Positions 44,523-54,536 of a DNA stretch of 64,000 nt are shown piece by piece. The notes under the pieces were generated by a model, which was given only the letters and a program-made list of their open reading frames with translations, had not been told where the DNA came from and did not search any database. The translations under genes and the position numbers were made by a program. Location: the IMG/VR virus record IMGVR_UViG_3300045988_137032, positions 96,001 to 160,000 of that record. One strand, given 5' to 3'. The stretch comes from a virus. Every line of letters begins with the position of its first letter. Within the stretch, counting starts at the first letter, position 1.

Positions 44523-45239
44523 TCATTTCAGATTCAAAGGAAGCATATAAGCATATTTCAGCTTATCAACGATCTTGGATTCTTTTATACATTTCAAAAG
44601 CATAGCATAATATTGCGGATCCGGATATTTACAGTCAGCTTCATCCTGAATCTCCGAATAAAACGCCTGTAATGTCATATCCACATTTGAAGAAATATAT
44701 GTGTAGATTGATCTAGATACGACTACTTTATCAAAACCTTGATTTGCAAAAAGTGGAATTTCCATAGCATGCTTAAACTTAATTCCACCGCCAAATATAC
44801 TGGTTCCTAAATAAATGCCTTCGGTAATCATATCTTTACCTTTGTATGCATTCATGTAGCACTTAATGGTGTCGTTAAGTTCGTCACATTCACAATTTAT
44901 GAGTTGATCTTTTATATCCATAGCGGTTTTAAACATGATCTTTGTACTGGTTGGTTTTGTCATGTACACATCATGATCATATGGATCATCATTAGGATAT
45001 TTCTTACAGATACTAATAGCTCTTTTGTATTCACGGTCTAAATTCTTAAAGAATCTATCAATATCAGCAATACGATCATCTACAACCTTTTTATAGTTAT
45101 CATATAAAATTTTCTTGTATTCGTCAGTAAGGAATGTTTCAGACCCTTCTGTAACCATAGTAAACATGGAAGCCGCTTCATTAGATGAAATGAGATCATC
45201 TTTCATAGCTTCCATGATAGACATTTGTAAATTTGTCAT
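44523..45239 (-). CDS. leader-bearing protein (type II leader)
   Basis: The ATG at 45239 (AAAGGAG upstream) gives MTNLQMSIMEAMKDDLISSNEAASMF. Confidence 0.45.
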   Translation of the reverse strand: MTNLQMSIMEAMKDDLISSNEAASMFTMVTEGSETFLTDEYKKILYDNYKKVVDDRIADIDRFFKNLDREYKRAISICKKYPNDDPYDHDVYMTKPTSTKIMFKTAMDIKDQLINCECDELNDTIKCYMNAYKGKDMITEGIYLGTSIFGGGIKFKHAMEIPLFANQGFDKVVVSRSIYTYISSNVDMTLQAFYSEIQDEADCKYPDPQYYAMLLKCIKESKIVDKLKYAYMLPLNLK

Positions 45240-45350
45240 TTTATATCTCCTTTCATAAGTTAGATACGTTAAGAAAACGTTTTTTTTTGTCTTGTATAGC
45301 GATTTCTCATACGACAATTAGTTATACATAGTTACTATAGGAGGGTGCTC

Positions 45351-46550
45351 ATGATGTATGATATAACGAAATTAATTACGCCTCATCTTAAATTCATTTA
45401 TCAGGATAATGAACTATCTTCTCTTGAATATTCCATCTCCGGGTTTGATGAGGAAGGAAATATTCCTGTTGATATTTCAAATCCTATCTTTGAATGGAAT
45501 CCTTTTGAAGATATGATTTTCTCTGATATAAATGAGGGAATTGAAGCATTGATGGCTTTTGCTGATGCAATTCATGCTACATCACAAGAAAACCGTTACA
45601 ATAAAGATTCTTATCAGAGAACGCATGATAAGTATAAATTTATCAATGGTATTTTTGATTTCTCTGCAAAGATTATTTGTGGTGGAATTCATGGATGCTT
45701 TATTGATATTACACGAATTGATATGGATATTCCGGGTACTCTTCCTCATAAGAAAGGCGTACTCATTAATGGGAATACGGATCAATACTATTCCTCTTTT
45801 GGGAATTCATCCATTATTCGTGTATCGGAAAATGGTTCATGGAAATTCATTGATAACTTCCAACAAATGGAGTTTTCTTCTTATGAGAATGCTGCAAAAG
45901 TGATTAGTTTCTTAATTGGAAGAAGTACCAGTAAACTTGCTAATGATAAATACATTTTTCCTGGATATGATGGGAGAATTATTAATGTCAATGAATCAAC
46001 GAATCTCTTTACAGGAGCATTTGATAATCTTTCTCGATATACTCCGTATACAATAACGGGAATGTATCTCATGAGAATTGATACAACTTATCGTGTATTT
46101 CCTATTTGTGAATCACGGTATCCTATTGCCAATACAGTAGTACCGAATAATCACATTGTGATGGATCCTGTTACAAAAATCGTATTGGATAGTTTCCATA
46201 ATCTTTACAGAATTCGTAAGATTTATCCCGATGGTACTATCTACGGAACAGAGATTTCCAATCAGATGTATTCAGAAGAAATTTCTTTGACCATGTATCC
46301 ATATTCCTCTCTTGATAATTTCAGGAATGTGGTAGATCAGTTCTTAGGAGATGGATATACCGTTATTGAATCAGCATATAATAATGATGGAAAAGAAATT
46401 CATCGTATTTGGACTATTTCCAATTATGAAAAGAAAACCACATGGAACTATATGCTGATTGCAAAAAAGATTTCTTATAATAATGACTTCGTAACAGTTT
46501 ATTATCCGAAATTCATTGATACAAGAAACAATGCCCTCATTATCGATTGA
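45351..46550 (+). CDS. hypothetical protein
   Basis: ~400-aa ORF. The ATG lies 6 nt after GGAGG. Confidence 0.65.
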   Translation: MMYDITKLITPHLKFIYQDNELSSLEYSISGFDEEGNIPVDISNPIFEWNPFEDMIFSDINEGIEALMAFADAIHATSQENRYNKDSYQRTHDKYKFINGIFDFSAKIICGGIHGCFIDITRIDMDIPGTLPHKKGVLINGNTDQYYSSFGNSSIIRVSENGSWKFIDNFQQMEFSSYENAAKVISFLIGRSTSKLANDKYIFPGYDGRIINVNESTNLFTGAFDNLSRYTPYTITGMYLMRIDTTYRVFPICESRYPIANTVVPNNHIVMDPVTKIVLDSFHNLYRIRKIYPDGTIYGTEISNQMYSEEISLTMYPYSSLDNFRNVVDQFLGDGYTVIESAYNNDGKEIHRIWTISNYEKKTTWNYMLIAKKISYNNDFVTVYYPKFIDTRNNALIID

Positions 46551-46677
46551 TATACATAGATTGAGATAGCAAGTATAGAATAAATATACTTGCTATCTCA
46601 ATTATATATTATATACATGATGACAGTGAAGTACGAGTATCTGTCAACTAGCTTATATTACTTAGGAGGTAATAATT

Positions 46678-47592
46678 ATGGCTAACCTGAATTGCTTGAT
46701 CCATGACATCAAAGACATGAAAGAGTGGACTTATCGAATCGATGGATGTGACAAGTATTTCATGTTCAAAGGAAACATCTATCCGTACATCGATGATCCC
46801 AATGTCTATCCGAACTGTACTGACCGTAAGAAGCTTCCCGATCCTGTTGAGAGCGTCTTTGATCTCCGCTTCGATGACATCGATGAAGCAAAGAGCTTCT
46901 TCGAGACCTTTGATTATTTCAATCACTTCAACGAGAACGTCCTGTATCTGGATCAGTCCATGGACGGTGAGCATCACTTCCCTGATGACTTCAGTGAGAA
47001 AGTGCTCACAAAAGAAACTGGTGATCTTCCTGATGCAATCGTACTCGTGAGGAAGACTAAGAACAGCGAGTACGTGGCCATTCCTTGTGACATGGCGTCT
47101 GTCTATGTTGAGGATGATGACAAGGAAGAAGCTACTCAGCTGAGAGCAGATGTCAGTACGAAGCTGACTGTATGTGACGGTGTTGTTGCATACAGGAGTG
47201 AAGATGGTTCCAAGATCATCCTGGAGGGCTACGAGTATGATGAAATCTCTCGTAATTGGACCGAGGTAACTACTACTCGTCATATTGCTGATCTGTCTCA
47301 CATCAGCCGCATTGCTGACTTCAAGTATTTCTCCACTGACGACTATCTCAAGATGCTGACTTTCCTGGCACAGTGCAATAACACCAATGGTGTTATTACC
47401 TACGAGGAGTACAAGAACGTCAACCATGCATCCAATGCAAGTGAGTATATCGATCTTGTCATCTATGATGCGAATGACCATAACTATTGTGCGATCATCT
47501 ATCGTGAAGATAGTCCCGACTATCCTGTTACGATTCTGGAGCCGAACATCTACGAGCGCATTGATTCCATCAAGAAGATGTTCCATCAGTAA
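46678..47592 (+). CDS. hypothetical protein, strongly codon-biased (probably abundant)
   Basis: AGGAGG SD. G/C-ending codon bias. The antisense 312-aa ORF is judged an artefact. Confidence 0.7.
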   Translation: MANLNCLIHDIKDMKEWTYRIDGCDKYFMFKGNIYPYIDDPNVYPNCTDRKKLPDPVESVFDLRFDDIDEAKSFFETFDYFNHFNENVLYLDQSMDGEHHFPDDFSEKVLTKETGDLPDAIVLVRKTKNSEYVAIPCDMASVYVEDDDKEEATQLRADVSTKLTVCDGVVAYRSEDGSKIILEGYEYDEISRNWTEVTTTRHIADLSHISRIADFKYFSTDDYLKMLTFLAQCNNTNGVITYEEYKNVNHASNASEYIDLVIYDANDHNYCAIIYREDSPDYPVTILEPNIYERIDSIKKMFHQ

Positions 47593-47604
47593 GGAGGTTC
47601 ATTC

Positions 47605-48495
47605 ATGGATGAATTCATGAAGAAAACTGTTGTAGGTAAACCTGGGTATATCGTTGATACAGATTCTCATAATATCTACTACAGAATTAATGGAGTACCG
47701 AACTATACACTTCGTCATGATGGAGTTATCTGTTACATGACGAATAATACATGCACTGACATTATCAAGAATCTCAGTGATGTTATTTTCACCAACATGG
47801 GTGAAGCTCGGATATTTCTCAAGTTCTTTGGCTGTGAAGCATCTGATGATGTGAACTATCCGGATATCTTCTATGCTGGTGGTGTATCGGATGACAATAA
47901 AGTCTTTGCTGATCTCACCAGTTATGCATATGAAGAAGATGTCTATCTTCCGAATAATATCATTATTACATCGGAAGCAAGCATGCATGATGGTACTACG
48001 CTGTATCGTCCGCAGGTCATGAAAGAGTGTGCTTTCAATCTTTCTGAGATTAATGACCATAATATTAATATCGGTTCTTTTGGGTCACAGATCTTAAAAG
48101 GAATTGATCAGCTTCCTGATTGCTACTTCATTACCGGTGGAGTGAATCGGAAACTGATTCAAATCAGAATGGTCCAGTCTCCCCTTACAAGTACTAATAA
48201 GGTGCTTCGTTGGAATGTGTCAACTCTTTCTCCTGAGCATGCAAAAGACATCACTAATTTCAAATTCAATACGATTGATCAGATTGTCTTTGCATTGAAT
48301 CTCTATGGTGTAAAAGACGTTACAGCTTTCGATGAGGTGTTTACTTACAGCCATCCCAGTTATGGTGGAGAGAGAACCTTTACAAGACACTACATCCGGT
48401 ACTTTGATAAGGATGATAAGGAAGTCATCCTCCTGTGCCGTGATAACATCATCTCAGACAAAGAGAATGTATTCAATGTCTGTGAAATCGTCTAA
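47605..48495 (+). CDS. hypothetical protein, distant paralog of 46678..47592
   Basis: AAGGAGG SD. Shared FxNMGEARIFLKFF / FDDIDEAKSFFETF motif. Confidence 0.65.
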   Translation: MDEFMKKTVVGKPGYIVDTDSHNIYYRINGVPNYTLRHDGVICYMTNNTCTDIIKNLSDVIFTNMGEARIFLKFFGCEASDDVNYPDIFYAGGVSDDNKVFADLTSYAYEEDVYLPNNIIITSEASMHDGTTLYRPQVMKECAFNLSEINDHNINIGSFGSQILKGIDQLPDCYFITGGVNRKLIQIRMVQSPLTSTNKVLRWNVSTLSPEHAKDITNFKFNTIDQIVFALNLYGVKDVTAFDEVFTYSHPSYGGERTFTRHYIRYFDKDDKEVILLCRDNIISDKENVFNVCEIV

Positions 48496-48563
48496 ATGAC
48501 GGAAAAGAAGATAGTACGAAATGCAAATCGTACTATCTTCTTTTTTGTTCCGTAAACCTCCAT

Positions 48564-48603
48564 TTTCATTTATATATTATAGAGATATATAAATGAAAGG
48601 AGG
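48564..48603 (+). promoter_or_regulatory. small-gene cassette promoter/5'UTR block (copy 2 of 3)
   Basis: TTTCATTTATATATTATAGAGATATATAAATGAAAGGAGG. Confidence 0.55.
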
Positions 48604-48612
48604 TGAAGGAAC

Positions 48613-48810
48613 ATGCTCACCATGGGTCAGAATCCTGTATTCGACAGCATGGAGTCTGCACAGATGTTCGCTGCAAGATGCGGCGGTCACTTTGTGCAGA
48701 CTCCAGGCGTCAACGCGGATATCGATCTTGGGAACGGACATATGCTGAAAAGCATTCGCTTCGTCAGGGATCCTATCCAGCCTATGCAGATTCCAAAATC
48801 CGCTAGGTAA
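48613..48810 (+). CDS. small hypothetical protein, homolog of 19450..19641
   Basis: FDSMESAQMFAARCGGHFVQ...RDPIQPMQI. Confidence 0.55.
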   Translation: MLTMGQNPVFDSMESAQMFAARCGGHFVQTPGVNADIDLGNGHMLKSIRFVRDPIQPMQIPKSAR

Positions 48811-48816
48811 ATGAAA

Positions 48817-48856
48817 GAAAGGTTAGGTTTGATCTTACCATCAGACCTAACCTTTC
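48817..48856 (+). terminator. cassette terminator (copy 2 of 3)
   Basis: GAAAGGTTAGGT...ACCTAACCTTTC followed by TTTTTTGTTATCA. Confidence 0.65.
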
Positions 48857-48882
48857 TTTTTTGTTATCATACTTATATTTTT

Positions 48883-49815
48883 TTAAACTGCAACAGGAAT
48901 ATTCTTAACCTGAGGGCCTGCCTGATAATTTTCCACAATCAGAGAATCCGTTGTGAAATCATAGAAGTTCTTGATCTCAGGATCAAGGGTAACCTTCGGT
49001 GCGTGATAAGTGGGTCTGGTAATCATCTCTCTAATAATATCCATGTGACGATCATAAATATGAGCATCAGCAATGACATGCACCAGTTTACCAGCAGTCA
49101 TGCAAGATACCTGTGCAACCATCATGAGAAGAATTGCATACTGGCACACATTCCAGTTATTTGCAACCAGAGTATCAGAACTACGCTGATTGAGAATCAT
49201 ATTCAGTACAGGTTTATCGGAGAAGGGATCTACCGTTACGTTCCAAGTAGTAGAATATGCACAGGGATACAAACCCATTTCAGAAAGATCATTGAAGTTG
49301 TAGGTATTCGTCATGATACGGCGAGAATAAGGATCGTTCTTTAAATCATAAAGAACTGCATCCATTTGATCCATCATGACATAAGGATTTCCGTTCTTTG
49401 CAAATACAGTATTCTCAGGATAAGCACCATAGATGTTCATATGTGCTTTGTGATGCTTATACTGCTTACCAATCTGATAGCCATATGCTTTACCAATGGA
49501 ACCATCAGCATCTGCCCAAGAATCCCAAATATGGGAATTCAGGTTATGGACGTTATTATCCTTCTTCTGGTAAATCCAAAGGATTTCATCCATACAAGAT
49601 TTCAATGCAGTCTTACGAAGAGTCAGTGCAGGAAATTCTTCACGAAGATCATAGGTATTTACAATACCAAACTCCTTTGCTGTACATGCAGTAATCTTCG
49701 TATCAGGCCACATTGCTCTTGTAGCATAAAGAGGTACAGGACCAAGTTCAGAATATTCTCCAATATGGAGAATCTTCTTACACTCATCAATGAAAATATT
49801 ATCAGCCTTACTCAT
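48883..49815 (-). CDS. thyA: thymidylate synthase (ThyA type)
   Basis: FPALTLRKT...EILWIYQ...IWDSW, LYPCAYST (catalytic Cys) and QRSSDTLVANNWNVCQYAILLMMVAQV...DAHIYDRHMD. Confidence 0.85.
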   Translation of the reverse strand: MSKADNIFIDECKKILHIGEYSELGPVPLYATRAMWPDTKITACTAKEFGIVNTYDLREEFPALTLRKTALKSCMDEILWIYQKKDNNVHNLNSHIWDSWADADGSIGKAYGYQIGKQYKHHKAHMNIYGAYPENTVFAKNGNPYVMMDQMDAVLYDLKNDPYSRRIMTNTYNFNDLSEMGLYPCAYSTTWNVTVDPFSDKPVLNMILNQRSSDTLVANNWNVCQYAILLMMVAQVSCMTAGKLVHVIADAHIYDRHMDIIREMITRPTYHAPKVTLDPEIKNFYDFTTDSLIVENYQAGPQVKNIPVAV

Positions 49816-49829
49816 GTTTCATTTTCTCC

Positions 49830-50459
49830 TTACATATCTTCTAGTGCGTTATAATACGTAATATGCCTGCCAATATTGGTATGAAGAATATCATACGTAT
49901 CATGACCAGAAATAATGGTATACTTATTCTTATCCGTCATACGAGGTTCTATTGCATTAACTCCATAGGTATATGTACGATTATGGCCGCTCATACAATC
50001 ATCCGTTCTAGGATGCACACAACCAACAAAGCAGTTATCGTCAAGATCAAACGTATACTCATACTGTGCAATATAAGAATACTTTGCAGATCCAATGTAA
50101 TAGTGCCTATTGAGTCGACTATATGCAAGAAGTTTCATAATGAGAGAGAATCGAGATTTCTTAATGAAATAACGAATCTTTCCCATAATCCAATAAAACT
50201 TCTCCTCCGTACCAGCCATCACACAGATATCAAAATCAGGATCAGTGAGTGCACAATATGCAAAATACGCACAAATCGTTTCTTCACCATATGCATAATC
50301 TGGTTGAAAGTTATAGAAGACGTTATTGTGACTGAAAGCATTGAGAATCATTTCCATATTGAATGGATAGAGTGCCTTAGAATCAGGATTTCTCATCCTA
50401 TCAATAAAATCCATGAACGCTCTTTCTTTCTGTTGAGATGAAAATATCTCAGGATACAT
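49830..50459 (-). CDS. hypothetical protein
   Basis: 209-aa ORF with AAAGGAG SD. The 5'UTR contains GGATCATAGAAA. Confidence 0.65.
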   Translation of the reverse strand: MYPEIFSSQQKERAFMDFIDRMRNPDSKALYPFNMEMILNAFSHNNVFYNFQPDYAYGEETICAYFAYCALTDPDFDICVMAGTEEKFYWIMGKIRYFIKKSRFSLIMKLLAYSRLNRHYYIGSAKYSYIAQYEYTFDLDDNCFVGCVHPRTDDCMSGHNRTYTYGVNAIEPRMTDKNKYTIISGHDTYDILHTNIGRHITYYNALEDM

Positions 50460-50583
50460 ATGAATTAGCTCTCCTTTCTATGATCCGAAAATAAGACTTA
50501 TACTCAAGTTGAAAGGATACTTAAGTAAAATAAGAAAAAAAAAATAAGGGATACCTAACTGGATGTTAGGTCCCTTATCGTGA

Positions 50584-50919
50584 TTACTCACAATCGTAAT
50601 CACGATAGCGACACTCCAGAATATCAGGATCAAGAGGATCGCCTTCATTAACTTCGATGCTGAACTTACGGATAGTGGTGTTTCCGTACAAACTCCGTTC
50701 CGGATATTTTACGGAAATGAAGTCCTCGCCCATGCTATCCACGACAGCACCTTTATGCTCCGTGATGAACCGTCCGGCCTCCATGACCATGATGGCTACT
50801 GCTCTTTCGAAAGAGCTAATAGCTGGGAAAACACTACCATTCTCGACTACGCGCTCCGAGATATTTCCAACCCCAGCCGTATCCTCATAGATGACAGCGA
50901 ACTTATCGTTGTAAGACAT
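50584..50919 (-). CDS. hypothetical protein
   Basis: The ATG at 50919 (MSYNDKF) has AAGGAGG upstream. Confidence 0.6.
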   Translation of the reverse strand: MSYNDKFAVIYEDTAGVGNISERVVENGSVFPAISSFERAVAIMVMEAGRFITEHKGAVVDSMGEDFISVKYPERSLYGNTTIRKFSIEVNEGDPLDPDILECRYRDYDCE

Positions 50920-51060
50920 TATAGTTTCCTCCTTATAGAAACTAATCAATGAAGGTTACTCTTCTTCGCCTTCTTATTATTCGCATTTATAATATATCAT
51001 TATAATTCTAAACTATACGATTATTGACATTTTGGAAACTAATAAGGAGGCTATTGTGCT

Positions 51061-51552
51061 ATGGTTATTATTGGATTCCCTGCAATTGGTAAGAGTTCTT
51101 ACCAGAAAGATCAAGCAAGATTTAGTGCTTATGAAGGTCCTAGATGCATTGATCTGGAATCGTCTAATTTTGTCAAATCTCCTAATTGGGAAGTTAGCTA
51201 TGCAAATATTGCAATTGATCTATCCCGTCAGGGATTTGATGTGTTCTGCTCTTCTCATAAGCTTGTGAGAGAAGCATTATTAAAGAAAAAAGAAGATGGT
51301 GAGCTTGATAAGCTCTTCATCATTTATCCAAGCATTACCGTATACGATGCTTGGCTAACGCGATGCAAGAATCGCTATTACACAACACAACTTGAAAAAG
51401 ATTCAAGAAGTCTTGCTCGTGTACAGAATTTCTTCCAAGCTGATGTTATGGAATTGGATGAGGAAGTAAAGGCCGGTAAGTACACGGATGCATGTGTCAT
51501 TGATGGTCCTTACAGTCTCGATCGGATTATTAGAGGATTTAGAAAGGCATGA
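51061..51552 (+). CDS. P-loop kinase-like protein (possible (d)NMP kinase)
   Basis: Walker A GFPAIGKSS at the N-terminus. 163 aa. Lies near thyA and DHFR. Confidence 0.45.
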   Translation: MVIIGFPAIGKSSYQKDQARFSAYEGPRCIDLESSNFVKSPNWEVSYANIAIDLSRQGFDVFCSSHKLVREALLKKKEDGELDKLFIIYPSITVYDAWLTRCKNRYYTTQLEKDSRSLARVQNFFQADVMELDEEVKAGKYTDACVIDGPYSLDRIIRGFRKA

Positions 51553-52010
51553 TTATTCTATTTGATTTCGATAAAGATCCGGAAGAAGAATTCCGTGAAT
51601 ACGAATTGAAATTACGACGTGACATAAGCAAACGTATTTTCATGATGGAACCTTTATCATGGTATGAGCCATATAAGAATAAAAAGTATGAAGCTATGGT
51701 TGCTAATGCAATTAACCGTAGTAATCTTAAGGACGAAATCGTATTGCTCCCTGCATACTTTGAAGTTCTTTCATGCTTGATAAGTAGGAATGAATTAAAG
51801 GATTGCTACTATATAGCAATGCCACAAGGTATTTCTGATATTGAGGAGAATTCAGCCTTCGATATGGAAGAAGTACTAATGAAAACCAAAGGATATGCTA
51901 TTGATTATCCTCGTTATAGTAAATTCATACTGCACGTGACAGAATTTATCAAAAAGAATGATCGTAGCGATTTCTGGAAATGGTTTAAGTTTGATAGAGG
52001 ATTATATTAA
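51549..52010 (+). CDS. hypothetical protein
   Basis: 153-aa ORF with ATGA overlap. Confidence 0.6.
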   Translation: MIILFDFDKDPEEEFREYELKLRRDISKRIFMMEPLSWYEPYKNKKYEAMVANAINRSNLKDEIVLLPAYFEVLSCLISRNELKDCYYIAMPQGISDIEENSAFDMEEVLMKTKGYAIDYPRYSKFILHVTEFIKKNDRSDFWKWFKFDRGLY

Positions 52011-52033
52011 GTAATCACTATGATAACAAAAAA

Positions 52034-52070
52034 GAAAGGCTAGATCTGATTGGGTCAAACCTAGCCTTTC
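52034..52070 (-). terminator. cassette terminator (copy 3 of 3)
   Basis: Minus strand: GAAAGGCTAGGT...ATCTAGCCTTTC followed by TTTTTTGTTATCA. Confidence 0.65.
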
Positions 52071-52078
52071 TTTATCGG

Positions 52079-52282
52079 TTAGTGGCGAACTACATCTACC
52101 ACTCCGTCATGGTGGTACGTAGTAGCAATTTGCTCCCACTCAATACCTTCAGGTAATGAAACGGATGCATTATTGCCATTGTGGTAGACACTCATGATCG
52201 GTCCATCTACACCGAAACGTACACTCTTAGGGAGAGCTACAATTCCGCTGTACATGAAGTCTGGAATCGATTCACGAATCAC
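52079..52282 (-). CDS. small hypothetical protein in the third cassette
   Basis: The GTG at 52282 lies 9 nt after GGAGG, the same spacing as in cassettes 1 and 2. The GTG at 52291 abuts the SD. Confidence 0.5.
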   Translation of the reverse strand: MIRESIPDFMYSGIVALPKSVRFGVDGPIMSVYHNGNNASVSLPEGIEWEQIATTYHHDGVVDVVRH

Positions 52283-52290
52283 GGTAATCA

Positions 52291-52335
52291 CCTCCTTTCA
52301 TTATATATTACCTCTATAATATATAAATGAAAAAA
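52291..52335 (-). promoter_or_regulatory. small-gene cassette promoter/5'UTR block (copy 3 of 3)
   Basis: Minus strand: TTTTCATTTATATATTATAGAGGTAATATATAATGAAAGGAGG. Confidence 0.55.
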
Positions 52336-52469
52336 GAGAGTATACGGGACAAACGAAGACTATATCTTGGTATAACCTTGATATAGTCTTCGTTTCTACC
52401 ATGCGAATTACACTAGCATAAGTAACCCTGTTCGTATAAAATCTTTTATGAAAGGATGGGTGCATTACA

Positions 52470-52991
52470 ATGCGCGCTATAGTTGCAGTTAGTAATAACT
52501 GGGGTATTGGAAAGAATAATAAACTTCTTTTCCATATCAAAGAAGATATGCAGAGATTTAAGGAATTAACTACCGGGCATGTCTGTATTATGGGAAGAAA
52601 AACATTTGAATCTTTCCCATTTAAGAAACCATTACCAAATCGTACCAATGTAGTATTGACTCATGATACAAACTACAAGAGTGAATACGATAATGTGATC
52701 ATCGTTCATACCATGGATGAACTTAAGGAACTCATTAAGATGTATCCTTCGGAAGAAGTTTATCTCATTGGTGGCGATAGTCTTTACAATGCATTGATTG
52801 ACTATTGCAGTACAGCATACGTTACTTACGTTGATAAAGAAATGGATGCTGATGCATATTTCCCGAATCTTCATAAGAAGAAAGATTGGTGGATGATGAT
52901 TGATACTTTCCCGAATTATCATCATGATGATAAGACAGGATTGAATTACAGATTCTCTACCTATATCAATGATAACGTAAAAAGTTTATAA
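52470..52991 (+). CDS. folA: dihydrofolate reductase
   Basis: MRAIVAVSNNWGIGKNNKLLFHIKEDMQRFKELTTGHVCIMGRKTFESFP and LIGGDSLY. Confidence 0.85.
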   Translation: MRAIVAVSNNWGIGKNNKLLFHIKEDMQRFKELTTGHVCIMGRKTFESFPFKKPLPNRTNVVLTHDTNYKSEYDNVIIVHTMDELKELIKMYPSEEVYLIGGDSLYNALIDYCSTAYVTYVDKEMDADAYFPNLHKKKDWWMMIDTFPNYHHDDKTGLNYRFSTYINDNVKSL

Positions 52992-53023
52992 AAAATATAA
53001 TCAATTAGGAGAAAGTAAAGAAT

Positions 53024-53314
53024 ATGAAAACCGGATATATGATAACTCGTTATATGACAAAGAAAAAAAATGGAACGAGTCATATTATAACACCGAAAAA
53101 CTTCGTAATGCTGGCTGGAAAAACACCAGGTGTCTTTATGAATGAATCAGATGGATGTAATGCATTTGAAGAAATCACAAATAAAGTACTTGATATGCAT
53201 GATAAGTTCGAAGAAGATATGAGTGAAAGAACTTCTCATATGCGAGTATTCCATGATAAAGAAAATGGATTTGACTACGTATATGTGTTAGAAACCATTT
53301 TCTTACAAGAATAA
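53024..53314 (+). CDS. hypothetical protein
   Basis: 96-aa ORF with AGGAG SD. Confidence 0.6.
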   Translation: MKTGYMITRYMTKKKNGTSHIITPKNFVMLAGKTPGVFMNESDGCNAFEEITNKVLDMHDKFEEDMSERTSHMRVFHDKENGFDYVYVLETIFLQE

Positions 53315-53316
53315 AA

Positions 53317-53358
53317 AATACAGGCTATACTAGAAATAGATCTAGTATAGCCTGTATT
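53317..53358. terminator. bidirectional terminator between convergent genes
   Basis: Perfect 18-bp stem AATACAGGCTATACTAGA/TCTAGTATAGCCTGTATT. Confidence 0.7.
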
Positions 53359-53431
53359 TTAGATTATTTTTAATAGGAGGTTTTATATATTATATACTTG
53401 GTATTATATCATTAAATCAGTCTTTATAATA

Positions 53432-54259
53432 TTACGTATTAGCCCTATATTTAAGGATGTTGAGGTCATCAGACTGATCTTTGTATCCATGAACAACTGC
53501 ATGTGCTTTACGCGGATCCTCACCTGCAATTAAAGAAAGCGCGCCATATGTAGCATCCATAGCTCCTCCAGCAACACAACGTAAAATAAATTTTACAATA
53601 TCTTGAACGAATCCTATTGCTTTTCTAAGTGCATCAATGCATTTAGATGATTCCTTATTCGGGTCATTTGATTCTGATTGTTTTTCTGCATGTTTTTGCA
53701 TATCTCGAGACATCTGTTCAGAATCCTTAAGAATTTTTCCCAAGGTATCACCACCAACATAGTCGAAACGGACATCATCTGAAAGTTCACGCTCATGCTT
53801 TATGTAACTGATAAAACTTAAGCTGCTAACAATAGCAATTGCTTGAGCATATCCTGATGATGACCCACTTATTAAGTTATGAACTGCAGTTTTTAATTGT
53901 GAAAACTTTTCACGAAATCCTTTTGGAAGTTTATATTTTTTATCATTTTTAATATTAGGCTTTTTATTAAAAATCCTATTGATAATAGATTTAATCCATT
54001 CCGCAAATTTTCTCCATGCAGCTTTAATTTTATCGATAAACGTAGAAGCTGCCTCTGTCATTACATAGAAGTCACTTTCTTTATTTACGACAGACATGGA
54101 AGATTCAATGAATTCATTTTCAGCAGATGCTGCTTCACTGATGATTGAATCTACATATTTCTCATTGATTGTTTCAAGCATATCACATGCTGCATTCTTT
54201 GTAATTTCACCATTTTGATAACTTTCATAGATAGAAAGTTCCATATCTCTAAAATTCAT
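53432..54259 (-). CDS. leader-bearing putative internal head/ejection protein (type I leader, dispersed copy)
   Basis: MNFRDMELSIYES...YVMTEAASTFIDKIKAAWRKFAEWIKSII. Confidence 0.45.
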   Translation of the reverse strand: MNFRDMELSIYESYQNGEITKNAACDMLETINEKYVDSIISEAASAENEFIESSMSVVNKESDFYVMTEAASTFIDKIKAAWRKFAEWIKSIINRIFNKKPNIKNDKKYKLPKGFREKFSQLKTAVHNLISGSSSGYAQAIAIVSSLSFISYIKHERELSDDVRFDYVGGDTLGKILKDSEQMSRDMQKHAEKQSESNDPNKESSKCIDALRKAIGFVQDIVKFILRCVAGGAMDATYGALSLIAGEDPRKAHAVVHGYKDQSDDLNILKYRANT

Positions 54260-54536
54260 AGAAATACCCTCACCCTTTCAAATGGATAATTGTATGATAA
54301 ATATTAAGAATGTGTTTTTTTTGGTAATATTAGCAATTCAACGTTTTTATATCTCGTTACATCGCTCCCTAGTTATAGAAATTACAGCTATAATCAGGGA
54401 GCGAAGCCAGATTTTCATTCATCGGAGACGGCCGATGTGCTGCACCGATGTATTTAAAATCAACAAATGGTGGTGTATACATTGTAGGATTTTATATAAA
54501 TTAACATTGCACTAGATCACAAATATACTAAAAATA

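Noticed and set aside
46648-47586. 312-aa minus-strand ORF antisense to 46678..47592
   Set aside because: This is the same codon-bias artefact. The plus-strand ORF has an AGGAGG SD and a plausible globular sequence.
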